From assembly GCA_050700115.1 (NCBI GenBank), contig JBOHGG010000015.1, forward strand, positions 33,725 to 97,724: DNA of 64,000 bases. Direction: 5' to 3'. Of the stretch, positions 42,101-50,836 are shown one piece after another (positions within the stretch are counted from its first letter, which is position 1; every line of letters starts with the position of its first letter). Position numbers and translations under genes: made by a program. This DNA is from Pseudonocardiaceae bacterium (GTDB lineage Bacteria; Actinomycetota; Actinomycetes; Mycobacteriales; Pseudonocardiaceae). The notes under the pieces are model-generated. The model saw only the letters and a program-made list of their open reading frames with translations, had not been told where the DNA came from and searched no databases.

Positions 42101-42331
42101 GCACGGCACCGTGGCGTCCAGGCTCAACGGGCGGTAGGGCACCAGCGGCAGTACGGTCGAACGGTGCTGCTCACCGGCCCGGGGCCAGCTGACCACCGGG
42201 TCGTCGACGATCACCGGGGCGAGCAGCGCACCGACTGCACAGGCGAGCGCCAGCACAGCCAGCCCGGCGAGCACCCCCGCCTTCCGCTGCGATCGGGGGC
42301 CCACGGACACGGCCGGAGAGTAACCGGCCAC
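39116..42331 (-). CDS. Emb-family arabinosyltransferase, divergent subtype (paralog of 18873..21929)
   Basis: DDPVVSWPRAGEQ, NFDDPWYLLMARG, PTKWVNHFGA, FAGPNLWRPYSDRGQPFGNH, VVYDHPVGLVDLRV. The ORF is open to 42466 but would then overlap the divergent gtrA-like gene. GTG candidates at 42331, 42310 and 42304. Confidence 0.8.
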   Translation of the reverse strand: MAGYSPAVSVGPRSQRKAGVLAGLAVLALACAVGALLAPVIVDDPVVSWPRAGEQHRSTVLPLVPYRPLSLDATVPCAALAALDQRAEGGDALRTLPTPVVLSGPMDLADAQSWIDQGLVIGAHRGIVAITASGATLLREVLPGPGCTYRIVADAGWVRVLRDGQQRAAAPLPVPQVGELATDLDGHPAAEGLAVSLHTDARYESRPTALKIGLLVTHGAALLVLLVLAWRWWSGQAAPIQPPLRRRTRLRAADLVLVAVSAVWVLLAPTNFDDPWYLLMARGANTSGSIGNAIYMFNVTENPFVASQYVLQVWGAVGGWDLAWMRVVPLVYGLLTWVLLRLLLVAGFGRELGSSRAVWALLVAYLLWWLPYGMTLRPEPLIVLFAAATLLLAELARQRRSVGRLAAATTTAALAVSVSPSGLVAAAPLVLALPWLWDWLRAQPRVARVAAVLVLVAAGTSLVPVGFADATLGDFLESTAVHQWYYRTYSWYEEFVHYRTVLHLQDSSQWARRAPVVLTIAVLVVVALGIVMTRRRTLSRGDDPVLRLLLSSAICSAIALALLAPTPTKWVNHFGAVAAAPTVLLAAALLGPMLGPALRRGVGAIAATAVMVGAVSLSFAGPNLWRPYSDRGQPFGNHLNAALDWADLGSLRPKLGPVQLANPMLWAAVALAAAGWVWWRHRRGRETALTPDQAVLLAGSITMVVMTIVVFVWAPLRQYPGWSVALSAARAVAGEPCELARHVQVLVDTEAQPVPAGPAITDGAFAAAADEPAPVPAPAPDTQVWHSAAQGGPEIGLLVTPWFALPDIRPANGGTDLLIPLLGTRTDQWLTLQYATTAGPDPAVAGTVGLPVDPTVPKMQWQQTVVALSRLSIPPRSGQPRPSSVRLVILDLVPGADSWLAVGQPRLAQWRPLATLTTAAPVYVDQVTATLLPCVDQVGVEHGIARMPEVLVLGDEGFPRHFLDLMFEAFRGGTQVPADRSATTVRVPSRLIPAGPPTLPWGRVERVVYDHPVGLVDLRVETLRRSGWTRLATLADEGYHGDLAATGSEVTPGDQPGQGPGLGGGLRPRVG

Positions 42332-42456
42332 GGCTCGGGTGGATCCCCTGAGTGCACCCAGCCTCCCGAACCGGGGGTATTCATACCTGCCGCGCTGTGA
42401 CGCCTCGATGACCGCTAACCTGCTCGAACCTGACCACCACTGGTAAGGAGTCCGGA

Positions 42457-42864
42457 TTGGCCGCACCCCAGCTAGCGGCGCGCCGGAGCCTGGCCACCCA
42501 GCTCACCCGGTTCGTGCTCGTCGGCGGCGTCGCCGCGATCGTTGACTACGGCAGCTACCAGGCGTTGCTGGCCACCGGGCTGTGGGTGCATCTGGCCAAG
42601 GCGCTGGGATTCATCGCCGGTACCACCACCGCCTACCTGATCAACCGCCGGTGGACCTTCCAGGGCCGGGGTGGCGGCGCGCAGTTCGCTTCGGTGATGG
42701 CGCTGTACGGGATCACCTTCGTCGTTCAGGTCGGGATGAACGCGGTGATGCTCGCGTTGCTGCCGCCGATGCGGGGTGAGATCACTGCCGCGTTCGTTGT
42801 CGCACAGGGCACTGCGACGTGTATCAACTTCATTGTGCAACGCACGGTGATCTTCCGGCGCTGA
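42457..42864 (+). CDS. GtrA-family membrane protein (Rv3789-like)
   Basis: LTRFVLVGGVAAIVDYGSYQAL..YLINRRWTF. 4 TM. TTG start. Confidence 0.75.
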   Translation: MAAPQLAARRSLATQLTRFVLVGGVAAIVDYGSYQALLATGLWVHLAKALGFIAGTTTAYLINRRWTFQGRGGGAQFASVMALYGITFVVQVGMNAVMLALLPPMRGEITAAFVVAQGTATCINFIVQRTVIFRR

Positions 42865-43066
42865 TCCGCCACTGACCCGGATGAGTGGTAGCAGCGACGC
42901 GCCGAGGAAATCCTGTGCGCCACGCCGTGGGATCACTCGCATGGGGGAGTCTGAAGGTGGCACAATGAAGTGCGGGTTCGGGACCCCCAGCCGGATCCGC
43001 CGCCCCTCGCGGAACACCTCCCCCTCGTTTCCGCGGGGGGCCCTATCTTTTCTTGCTGCTTTACGC

Positions 43067-46000
43067 TCAGCGACCCAGTTGGGAGATCTCCGCGGTCTGG
43101 CCCCCGCTGCGCAACGGCCCCGGTGACCACCAGCCGCTGCGCACCTCGGTGCCGGTCTTCAGTGTGGGTGCCTCGGCTTCGGGCACCCGGGGCTGGATGA
43201 CCATGAGCTTGCCCCAGTCGGTGTCCCAGTTCTCCTTGAGGTAGGTCGGCACCTCCTGCTCGGTAGCGAGGATCTGCAACCAGCCGATCGGACCGCCGGC
43301 GTCCCGTGATGACCAGTTCTTGCTGTAGTCAGCCAGCAGCTCGTCGGGGAGCAGCCGATACTGGGGCACCTCGGCGATGCCGTTGCGGATCTCGAACGGG
43401 CGCACGCACGGGTGTACGAAGCCGACCGGCCAGTCCATGAACACCGGGGGTATCGGGGCCACCAGGTCGGTCATCGAGGTCAGCACGGGCACCCGGGGCG
43501 CGGAGAACGACAGCCAACCCTCTTCGGTGACGTCGGCGTCGGTGGCGATCAGCCGCACGGTGTCCGCCCCAGCGGCGGGCCGGCCGGCCAGCCCGAGGCG
43601 GTAGTCCCGCCATCCTGGCGCGTTGGCGGTGGCCTGCCCGCCGATGGGAATCTGGTCGACGACCTGAAATCCGCGCTCGGTGCGGCGCGCGAACTCAGCG
43701 ACCAGCGGCGTGGTGGAGGACAGGTTTCCGGCGACGGAGATCACTACCGGCGCGTTGCGGCCCTGGCCGGCCCCGCCGGGCAGCGCGTACCAGGTAGTGC
43801 GGGTGTCCCCGGTGCCGGGGCCGTCGCTGGAGAAGCTGCTCCAGATCGGGATCTTGTCGCCACCCAGCCCAGGCGGTGGTGTGCCAACCGGGATGTTCGG
43901 CTCCGACTCGGGAGCGCGGTCACCCTGAATGCGGTCATTCTGTAGATCGCCACGTTGCTCGTCCGCCCCGTCGGTGGATGCGGGGGAGGTGAACCGGTTG
44001 AGTTCGAAGCCACGCCGCAGCGGGATGTCGGCGAGCAGCGCACCCCGCAGCGGGATCAGCGCACCGGCGCTGCGATCGGGCTCGACGGACACGGCGTCGG
44101 TGAGATTGCAACTGTGTCCGGTGATGTGGGCGATGTTGGCGGCGGCCATGCTGTAGCCGTCGCGCTGCTTGTGCATCGCCTTGAACATCGCGCCGACCTC
44201 GGCGAGCACCAGCAGGCCGCAGAACACCGCCAGCGGGGCCGACCCGATCAGCAGCGCCCGCCGCTGCCCGTTGCCCCGGTCCGGTGGGGGTGGCGGCGGC
44301 GCACCCGGTTCGTGGCGCAACCCCTCGATCACCGCGATCAACCCGGCCAGCGCGGCCGCCACGATCAGCAGCGTGCTCGCCTGGAAGCCGTTCACCGACG
44401 GGGGTTTGTCGAACCACGGCACCCCGTACTGCGAGACGTACCACGGGGCGTTGGGCCCGGTCGAGGACAGTGCCAGGATCACCAGCAGGCCGGACACGAA
44501 CCACCACCGGTTGCGCGCCGAGCGCAGCACGCCCGAGCTGGTGGCCAGCGCGGTGAGTGCGGCCAGCGCGGCGCCGATCGAGGCGAGCGCCCCGAAGTGG
44601 TGGGTCCATTTGGTCGGAGTCAGCGCCATGAGTACCAGCGACACCCCCGCGGTGGCGATCAGCCGCCGGCTCGGACCCAGGCCGGCACCGGGGATGCCGC
44701 CCCGGCGCAACAGCACCACCAGGCAGGTTCCCAGGCACAGCAGCAGCAGCGCCACCGGGAAGCGGCGGGCCAGCGCCCCGTCCGGGGTGGGGCTGAACAG
44801 CCACTGGTAGCGGGTGGGCTCCTGGAACCAGGACATGCTGGGACCGATCTCGGTGCGAATCCGGGTGGCTTCCAGCACCCCTCGCAGCGTCTGGTCGGCA
44901 AAGATCACCACAAGAACCAGCAACCCGGCACCGATGACCGGCCCGAGCACGGCGGGCCGGCCGGCGACGGAGGCGTGCTGGCGCAGCAGTCGCACCAGCG
45001 GTCGCACCGCCACCAGGAACGGTGCGACCGCGATGAAACCGGTCGGTGTCGCGGCGACGGTGAACGCGGCGGCGAGCAGGCCAAGCGCCAGCGGCAACAC
45101 CCGGCGGGTGGCCACTGCGCGCTCCACCGCGCACAGCGCGAGCAGCGAGCCGATCGCGACCACCGGTTCCAGCCGCAGGCCGTTGTTGTAGGGCAGCCAG
45201 AAGGCCAGGAACACCGCGGCGGCGGCCCATCCGGCGGCGGCACTGCGGCGGACTTGCCGGCCCAGCCGCGGCATCACCTCGCGGCTGATCAGCATCCAGC
45301 TGACCACACCCATGGCGAAGGAGGGCAGCCGCAGCCACGGCGGAGCGGTGCTGATCTGCGCCCACAACGTGTACAGCTCGTAGGGCCAGCCGAAGGGCGC
45401 CTCGGGGACGTTGAACCATCGGTAGTAATTGCCGACGTATCCCATGTCCAAACTGGTGCGGATCATCGTGAGGATGTATCCGTCGTCGGAGGTGATCCCA
45501 CCGATGACGACCCACACCGCCAGCACCGTGATCACCGTCGCGTCCCGCCCGGTGGGGCGCCACCAGCCCGACGGCAGCAGCCGGGGGGCCCGCCGACTGA
45601 TCCGCCCGTCCAACCGATGCAGCAGGATCAGGCTGCTCAACACGGCCACCACGGCGAGCACCATCGCGGCGAGCTTGATCGGATGTGGGGTGGACTGGAA
45701 CCGGGTGTCCGCAGTGATCTGCACCGCCAGCCCCGCGACCGGGTCGAGCTTGTCGTCGAGGACCGAGTAGATGCCGGTCACCTGCGGCCGGACGTCCTGG
45801 TCGACCGTGACGAACTGGGTGGGGCCGGCCGAGGCCGTGGTGCCGGTGGCGTCGGAGTCGATCTTGATCAAGCATTCGCCCGGGGGCACGGGGATGGGTG
45901 TCCCGAGCGCCTGGCCGCGGCTGATCAGGCTCAGCTTCCGGTCCGCCACCTGCAGGACCATTCCCACGGCCGCGCCGTCGGTGGAGCCGGGCGGGGTAGT

Positions 46001-46384
46001 GGCCAGCAGCGACGCCGGCTGCGCCGTCCGCGCGTCAGCCGAGGTGGCTGCCTTGCAGGGGATCGTGGCGGTCAGGCTCTGCGGCTGAAAGGTGACCAGC
46101 GGCGCGTTGACCGGGGCAACCTGTCCCGGACGTGGCCAGGTGATCACAGTGGTGGCCTGGACTACCGGCAGGAGCGGTATCACGACGGCGAGTAGCGCGC
46201 CGAGCAGACCGAGCGCAGCGGCCGCGATCCGCCACCGAGGGCAGGCGCGGTCGTTACCTCTGTGGCGGCCGGGGGAATGCTCAGTGACCTCGTCGCCAGT
46301 GCCGGACGGGCCGCGCGAGGTCTCGGTGTGCCCGGGGGTCAGCACGCGGAGGAGGCTAGTCCAAAGGGACCAGCGCCTTGGCAC
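43067..46384 (-). CDS. Emb-family arabinosyltransferase (GT-C), canonical type
   Basis: ATTVITWPRPGQ..QPQSLTATIPC, ITSDDGYILTMIR, PTKWTHHFGA, GPNAPWY, C-terminal WWSPGPLR. GTG start 19 nt after the glfT1 stop, uncertain. Confidence 0.85.
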   Translation of the reverse strand: MPRRWSLWTSLLRVLTPGHTETSRGPSGTGDEVTEHSPGRHRGNDRACPRWRIAAAALGLLGALLAVVIPLLPVVQATTVITWPRPGQVAPVNAPLVTFQPQSLTATIPCKAATSADARTAQPASLLATTPPGSTDGAAVGMVLQVADRKLSLISRGQALGTPIPVPPGECLIKIDSDATGTTASAGPTQFVTVDQDVRPQVTGIYSVLDDKLDPVAGLAVQITADTRFQSTPHPIKLAAMVLAVVAVLSSLILLHRLDGRISRRAPRLLPSGWWRPTGRDATVITVLAVWVVIGGITSDDGYILTMIRTSLDMGYVGNYYRWFNVPEAPFGWPYELYTLWAQISTAPPWLRLPSFAMGVVSWMLISREVMPRLGRQVRRSAAAGWAAAAVFLAFWLPYNNGLRLEPVVAIGSLLALCAVERAVATRRVLPLALGLLAAAFTVAATPTGFIAVAPFLVAVRPLVRLLRQHASVAGRPAVLGPVIGAGLLVLVVIFADQTLRGVLEATRIRTEIGPSMSWFQEPTRYQWLFSPTPDGALARRFPVALLLLCLGTCLVVLLRRGGIPGAGLGPSRRLIATAGVSLVLMALTPTKWTHHFGALASIGAALAALTALATSSGVLRSARNRWWFVSGLLVILALSSTGPNAPWYVSQYGVPWFDKPPSVNGFQASTLLIVAAALAGLIAVIEGLRHEPGAPPPPPPDRGNGQRRALLIGSAPLAVFCGLLVLAEVGAMFKAMHKQRDGYSMAAANIAHITGHSCNLTDAVSVEPDRSAGALIPLRGALLADIPLRRGFELNRFTSPASTDGADEQRGDLQNDRIQGDRAPESEPNIPVGTPPPGLGGDKIPIWSSFSSDGPGTGDTRTTWYALPGGAGQGRNAPVVISVAGNLSSTTPLVAEFARRTERGFQVVDQIPIGGQATANAPGWRDYRLGLAGRPAAGADTVRLIATDADVTEEGWLSFSAPRVPVLTSMTDLVAPIPPVFMDWPVGFVHPCVRPFEIRNGIAEVPQYRLLPDELLADYSKNWSSRDAGGPIGWLQILATEQEVPTYLKENWDTDWGKLMVIQPRVPEAEAPTLKTGTEVRSGWWSPGPLRSGGQTAEISQLGR

Positions 46385-46402
46385 CCGTCCCGGACCCCGA
46401 TC

Positions 46403-47284
46403 TCAGTGCCGATAAAAGCGCTCCGCCCGGCCCTGGCGGAGCAGCCGCAGCCACTGCAGAAAGGCCCGCGGGTCGCGTTTGGTGCCCAGGAAGTACAGCC
46501 CGAACCGGAACACCTCCAGCATTCCGATCCAGCGCATCCCCGGCTGGGAAAGCAGGTAGCCGCGATTGCGGTAGGTGTAGTACCGCTTGACGTCGTCGCT
46601 GGGGTCCTGGGCGTGGAAGTGCCCGCGGAGCATCGGCTTGAATTCCGCCGAGCCGTCGGGGTGGGCGTAGGCGGCCTTCAATGTCGTGCCGAACCGCAGC
46701 CCGGCGCGGACCACCCGGCGGTGCACCTCCACCTCATCGCCCCGGACGAACAGCCGGTAGTCCGGGACGCCGACGACGTCGAGCGCGTCGGCGCTGAACA
46801 GCGCGCCGTTGAAGAAGCTCGCGATGCCGGGCAGGAAGTCAGTTCCCAGTTCACTGCGGTGGCGCTTCCAGGTCAGGCCTCGGCGCAGCGGGAATGCCAG
46901 CCGCTCGGGATCGTCGATGTTGACCACCACCGGGGAGATCACCGCGAGGTTTTTGCGCCGGGCCTCCTCGAGCAGGGTCTGCAGCACCCGGACGTCTGCG
47001 GGACGCCCGTCGTCGTCTGCCAGCCATACCCAGTCCGCGCCCAACGCCAGGGCATGCAGGATACCCAGCGCGAACCCACCGGCGCCGCCGAGGTTGCGCC
47101 GCGAGGGCAGGTAGGTGGACGGGATCGGGCAGTCCTCGACGACCTCCAAGGCCGGATCATCCGGCCCGTTATCCACCACCACCAGATGATCGGGCACCCG
47201 GGTCTGCTCGCCGATCACGGCCAGCGACTTGGCCAGCAGATCCCGCCGATGCCGAGTCACCACCACAGCGACCACAGTGCTCAT
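46403..47284 (-). CDS. glfT1: Galactofuranosyltransferase GlfT1 (GT2, Rv3782-like)
   Basis: ATG at 47284 (MSTVVAVVVTRHRRDLL). NLGGAGGF, WVWLADDDGRP. Downstream of the rfbE-like gene, as in M. tuberculosis. Confidence 0.8.
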   Translation of the reverse strand: MSTVVAVVVTRHRRDLLAKSLAVIGEQTRVPDHLVVVDNGPDDPALEVVEDCPIPSTYLPSRRNLGGAGGFALGILHALALGADWVWLADDDGRPADVRVLQTLLEEARRKNLAVISPVVVNIDDPERLAFPLRRGLTWKRHRSELGTDFLPGIASFFNGALFSADALDVVGVPDYRLFVRGDEVEVHRRVVRAGLRFGTTLKAAYAHPDGSAEFKPMLRGHFHAQDPSDDVKRYYTYRNRGYLLSQPGMRWIGMLEVFRFGLYFLGTKRDPRAFLQWLRLLRQGRAERFYRH

Positions 47285-47382
47285 CTGGCGGCCACCGCAT
47301 TCAGCGGGCTCAGCGTGGTAAAAGCCGGCCTGATAACCCCGCTGAGCCCGCTGAATGCGGTATGGGCGGTCATCTGGCGGCC
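47281..47382. repeat. 76-bp hairpin insert flanked by 13-bp direct repeats (TCATCTGGCGGCC)
   Basis: Direct repeats at 47281-47293 and 47370-47382. Perfect 22-bp arms at 47294-47315 and 47340-47361, with a 24-nt loop. Confidence 0.9.
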
Positions 47383-48173
47383 TCCTGGACGCGGGTGAGG
47401 GCTTCCTTGCTGAGGTTCTCGAACGGGTCCTTGCCCTTGTAATGGGACAGCACCGTGCGCAGGTCACCCTCCTCCCGAATCTCGCCGTGGTCCAGCCACA
47501 ACGCCGTGGTGCACAGTTCGATGAGGAACTCGTCGGAGTGCGACGCGAAGACCAGGATCCCGGACCGCTCGACCAGCGCGGTGAGCCGGTCTCGGGCCTT
47601 CTCCAAAAATGCCGTGTCCACCGCGCCGATGCCCTCGTCGAGCAGCAGGATCTCCGGGTCGATGCTGGTCACGACGCCGAGCGCGAGGCGGACCCGCATG
47701 CCGGTCGAGTAGGTTCGCAGCGGCATCGACAGGTAGTCGCCGAGTTCACTGAACTCGGCGATCTCCTCGGTGCGGGCCTCCATCTGTTTGCGGGTCATGC
47801 CCAGGAACAGCCCGCGGATGATGATGTTCTCGTAGCCGGAGATCTCCGGGTCCATGCCGACGCCGAGGTCGAACACCGGGGCGACCTTCCCGACGATCCG
47901 CGAGCTGCCCCTGGTGGGCTCGTAAATCCCGGACAGCAGCCGCAGCAGGGTGGACTTGCCCGCCCCGTTGTGCCCGATCAGGCCGACTCGGTCGCCGTGG
48001 CGCAGGGTCAGGGTGATGTGCCGGAGCGCCTCGATGATCGGCACCTTGGAGTCGATCCCGATCTTGCCGCCAGCCCGCCCCACGGTGCCCAGCAGCGCCT
48101 TCTTCAGCGACCGGGTCTTCGCGTCGAAGATCGGGAAGTCCACGCAGGCTGCGTTGACGTCGATGGAGACCAT
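47370..48173 (-). CDS. rfbE: ABC transporter ATP-binding protein (polysaccharide export, Rv3781-like)
   Basis: ATG at 48173. Walker A GHNGAGKSTLLRLL, signature YSTGMRVRLA, Walker B ILLLDE. Confidence 0.85.
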   Translation of the reverse strand: MVSIDVNAACVDFPIFDAKTRSLKKALLGTVGRAGGKIGIDSKVPIIEALRHITLTLRHGDRVGLIGHNGAGKSTLLRLLSGIYEPTRGSSRIVGKVAPVFDLGVGMDPEISGYENIIIRGLFLGMTRKQMEARTEEIAEFSELGDYLSMPLRTYSTGMRVRLALGVVTSIDPEILLLDEGIGAVDTAFLEKARDRLTALVERSGILVFASHSDEFLIELCTTALWLDHGEIREEGDLRTVLSHYKGKDPFENLSKEALTRVQEAAR

Positions 48174-48180
48174 TGTGCTA

Positions 48181-49053
48181 TCACACCCAGTAGGAGACTC
48201 GGGCCCGGTAGTTGCGCAGGACAAGCAGCGCCACTGCCCACCCCACCACAGTGATAGCCAGCGTCACCACCCAGTGCCGGAGTTCGAAGGATTCACCGAT
48301 CATCGGGCGTCGCAGGATCTCGACGTAGTGCAGGAACGGGTTGAGCTCGGCCAGCCGGGCGCGTTCGCCGACCGTGCCGGGTGTGTTCAGCAGCTGCTCG
48401 TAGTCCCACACGATCGGCGTCATGAAGAACATCAGGGTGACGACGCTGCCGGTCACCGGGGGGACGTCGCGGTATCTGGTGGCGATGATCCCGATCAGGA
48501 CGGCCACCCAGACCCCGTTGAGCACGATCAGCGCCAGCGCCGGGAACGCCAGCAGGCTGCTCCACCCGAAAGCTCGCGGGGCTTTCGGTGGGAAGATCAG
48601 CATGAGCGCGACCCAGACCAGCACGTTGTGCCCGAAGAACAGCAGTTGCCGCCAGACCAGCCGGTAGATGTGCACACTCAACGGCGCGGGCAGGTGCTTG
48701 ATCAGGCCCTCGTTGCGGATGAAGACCTCGGCGCCGTCATTGATACAGGCCGCCATGAACTGCCAGATGATCAGCCCGACGGCCAGGTAGGGCAGGAAGT
48801 CGTGTAGATCTTGGCCGAACAGCGCTGCGTAGAGGATGCCCATCCCGATCGCTTGGACTGCCAGGCTGATAGTGATCCAGAACGGGCCGATCACCGAGCG
48901 CCGGTAGCCCTGCCTGATGTCCTGCCAGCCCAGGTGTCCCCACAGCCGGCGTTGCCGCCACCCCGCCGTCAGATCGCCGACTGCTCGGGACCAGCTTCGA
49001 GACGACAGCTCCGGGGCCTCCGTGCTCTCGGATGCCGTCGCGGTGTGCTGCAT
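48181..49053 (-). CDS. rfbD: ABC-2 type transporter permease (Rv3783-like)
   Basis: ATG at 49053 (MQHTATAS). RRSVIGPFWITISLAV is an ABC-2 motif. 6 TM. The Arg-rich extension to 49497 is rejected. Confidence 0.8.
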   Translation of the reverse strand: MQHTATASESTEAPELSSRSWSRAVGDLTAGWRQRRLWGHLGWQDIRQGYRRSVIGPFWITISLAVQAIGMGILYAALFGQDLHDFLPYLAVGLIIWQFMAACINDGAEVFIRNEGLIKHLPAPLSVHIYRLVWRQLLFFGHNVLVWVALMLIFPPKAPRAFGWSSLLAFPALALIVLNGVWVAVLIGIIATRYRDVPPVTGSVVTLMFFMTPIVWDYEQLLNTPGTVGERARLAELNPFLHYVEILRRPMIGESFELRHWVVTLAITVVGWAVALLVLRNYRARVSYWV

Positions 49054-49127
49054 GATCCGCGACGATACTCGGGCGATGCTCGGACCCTCGTCCTGCGGGG
49101 GCGGCAGAAGGGCCCGGCACGCGAGAG

Positions 49128-50423
49128 TTAGACCGGGGCGATCGGGTGCGTTTCGGTGTCGCGGTCCCTTGTTGCGTCGGTCCTTGGCCTGGCGTTGGAG
49201 GGCCCAGCGATGGGGCCGGTCTGGATGGGCACCGGTTCGGGCGGTGCCGGCGCGGTGACGCGCCGGGCGGTGAGCTCGGCGAGGGCGAGCACGCCGACGC
49301 CGACGGCCAGCCCGGCGCGAGGCGTACCCAGCACCGCGGCGCCCCCGGCCAGCGCCGCGCCCGCCAGGGGTCCCGCACCCCGCCAGAGCAGCCGGGTGAC
49401 GGCTCGGCCCGGCGCCCCCACCGCGTTCATGGCGGCCTTGGTCGCCACCGTGTGCGCAGCGCCCCACAGCAGCCCGGCCACCACTGCGAGCAGCCAATGA
49501 GCGGACGCCAGCACGACGAGACCGCTGGCCAGCGCCACCAGCAGCCCCTCTCTGGCCAGCCGGACCGGACCGGCCCGCCGGGTCAGCGCCGGGTACAGGG
49601 CGCAGGCGATCATCGCGCCGAGGCCCCAGCAGCTGATCAGCAAAGCCAGCCGCGCGTCACCCGAGGGCGGCACGCCGAGGTGCCGGTCGGCCCACGGCAG
49701 CAGCATCGCCAGGTAGGCGCCGGCCGCCGCGGCGTGCAGGGTCCCGGCCAACGCCCACGTTCGCGACCCGGGATTGCCGCGCAAGAACCGCAGCCCGGAG
49801 CGCATCCGGTGGCGGGGCAGCGCGGTCGGTTCGGCCGGGTTGGATTCCGCACGGTCAAACCAGGTGCGAACCGCCGCCCGGACCAGCAACGCGGAGGCCA
49901 GGAAACTCACCGCGTCCAGGATGAGCAACGGAGCAGGCGCGACGATCGCGACCGCCAGCCCGGCCAGCGGCGGCACCATGAGCTCGACCAGGCCGGACGC
50001 TCCGCGCCCGACGGCGATGTCAACCGGAATCGGGAAGGCAGCGGCGTGCGCGGCCTCGCGCAGCACGAACACGGCCTGTAAGGCGCCGGCCACCGCGAGC
50101 ACCTGCCATCCGGACAACCCGCCGAACCCCCAGGCCAGCGGGATGCTCGCCAACAGTGCTGCGCCGGCCAGGTCTGCGGTCAACAGCACGTTTCGGACGT
50201 CACGCCGGGCCACGATCAGCGCGGCGAACGGGGCGAGCAACAGATGCGGCAGCGCTTCAGCGGCGACCACCGCCGCGGTCCACGCCGCTGAACCGGTCAG
50301 CCGGTACACCAGCACCGGCAACACCACGGCAGTGATCAGCGTCCCGGCCATCGAGACCACTCGGGCGGTGAGGTATCGACGGAGCCCAGGATCGGTCCCC
50401 GATGGGACCGCCGACACTGCCAC
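49128..50423 (-). CDS. MFS transporter
   Basis: About 12 hydrophobic segments. N-terminal RRYLTARVVSMAGTLITAVVLPVLVY pattern as in EntS-like MFS. Confidence 0.7.
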   Translation of the reverse strand: MAVSAVPSGTDPGLRRYLTARVVSMAGTLITAVVLPVLVYRLTGSAAWTAAVVAAEALPHLLLAPFAALIVARRDVRNVLLTADLAGAALLASIPLAWGFGGLSGWQVLAVAGALQAVFVLREAAHAAAFPIPVDIAVGRGASGLVELMVPPLAGLAVAIVAPAPLLILDAVSFLASALLVRAAVRTWFDRAESNPAEPTALPRHRMRSGLRFLRGNPGSRTWALAGTLHAAAAGAYLAMLLPWADRHLGVPPSGDARLALLISCWGLGAMIACALYPALTRRAGPVRLAREGLLVALASGLVVLASAHWLLAVVAGLLWGAAHTVATKAAMNAVGAPGRAVTRLLWRGAGPLAGAALAGGAAVLGTPRAGLAVGVGVLALAELTARRVTAPAPPEPVPIQTGPIAGPSNARPRTDATRDRDTETHPIAPV

Positions 50424-50503
50424 GCAATGACTCTGTCAGCCTCCGGTCGCAGCCTGAACCCGCCCGGGTTGCGAATCGATCACGAAACGCCCCGTCATGT
50501 GCG

Positions 50504-50836
50504 TCACGAACGTTCTTCGAGCCAGCTCAGCAGGGCGCCGAACTCCGGTGACATCGTGGTGTCCGATTCGGTCAGCACCACGTGCTGGCCGCCGTCTTCC
50601 ACGGTGATCGTGTAGCTCATTTCGTCCGGGGCGCGTCCAGGTCCCGCTTCGGTGACTTCTCCGGGGGTTGCGGCGGCTTTGGCTGCCGCAACAAGCTGCG
50701 ACAACTCCTTCGCGGCCGGCTCGGCCAGGGTGTCAGCGTCGACCACCCGCGGCGGGCGGCGGAGATTGATCGCAGCCGCCAGACCGCCATGCGTTGCCAG
50801 CGTTACCCTCATCCCGCGACCGTCCGGCTGACTCAT
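50504..50836 (-). CDS. Emfourin-like M4 protease inhibitor
   Basis: 110 aa. ATGA overlap with the upstream M4 peptidase gene. GGLAAAINL..YTITVEDGG..LLSWLE pattern. Confidence 0.6.
   Translation of the reverse strand: MSQPDGRGMRVTLATHGGLAAAINLRRPPRVVDADTLAEPAAKELSQLVAAAKAAATPGEVTEAGPGRAPDEMSYTITVEDGGQHVVLTESDTTMSPEFGALLSWLEERS

Noticed and set aside
43020-43062. Intrinsic terminator after the gtrA-like gene (CCCCC..GGGGG followed by a T-rich tract).
   Set aside because: The stem is only 5-6 bp with a 9-11-nt loop, and it lies about 155 nt past the stop. Too weak to call as a feature.
43955-46195. 746-aa plus-strand ORF.
   Set aside because: It is antisense to the Emb gene 43067..46384. Low-complexity Arg/Gly/Pro/Gln composition.
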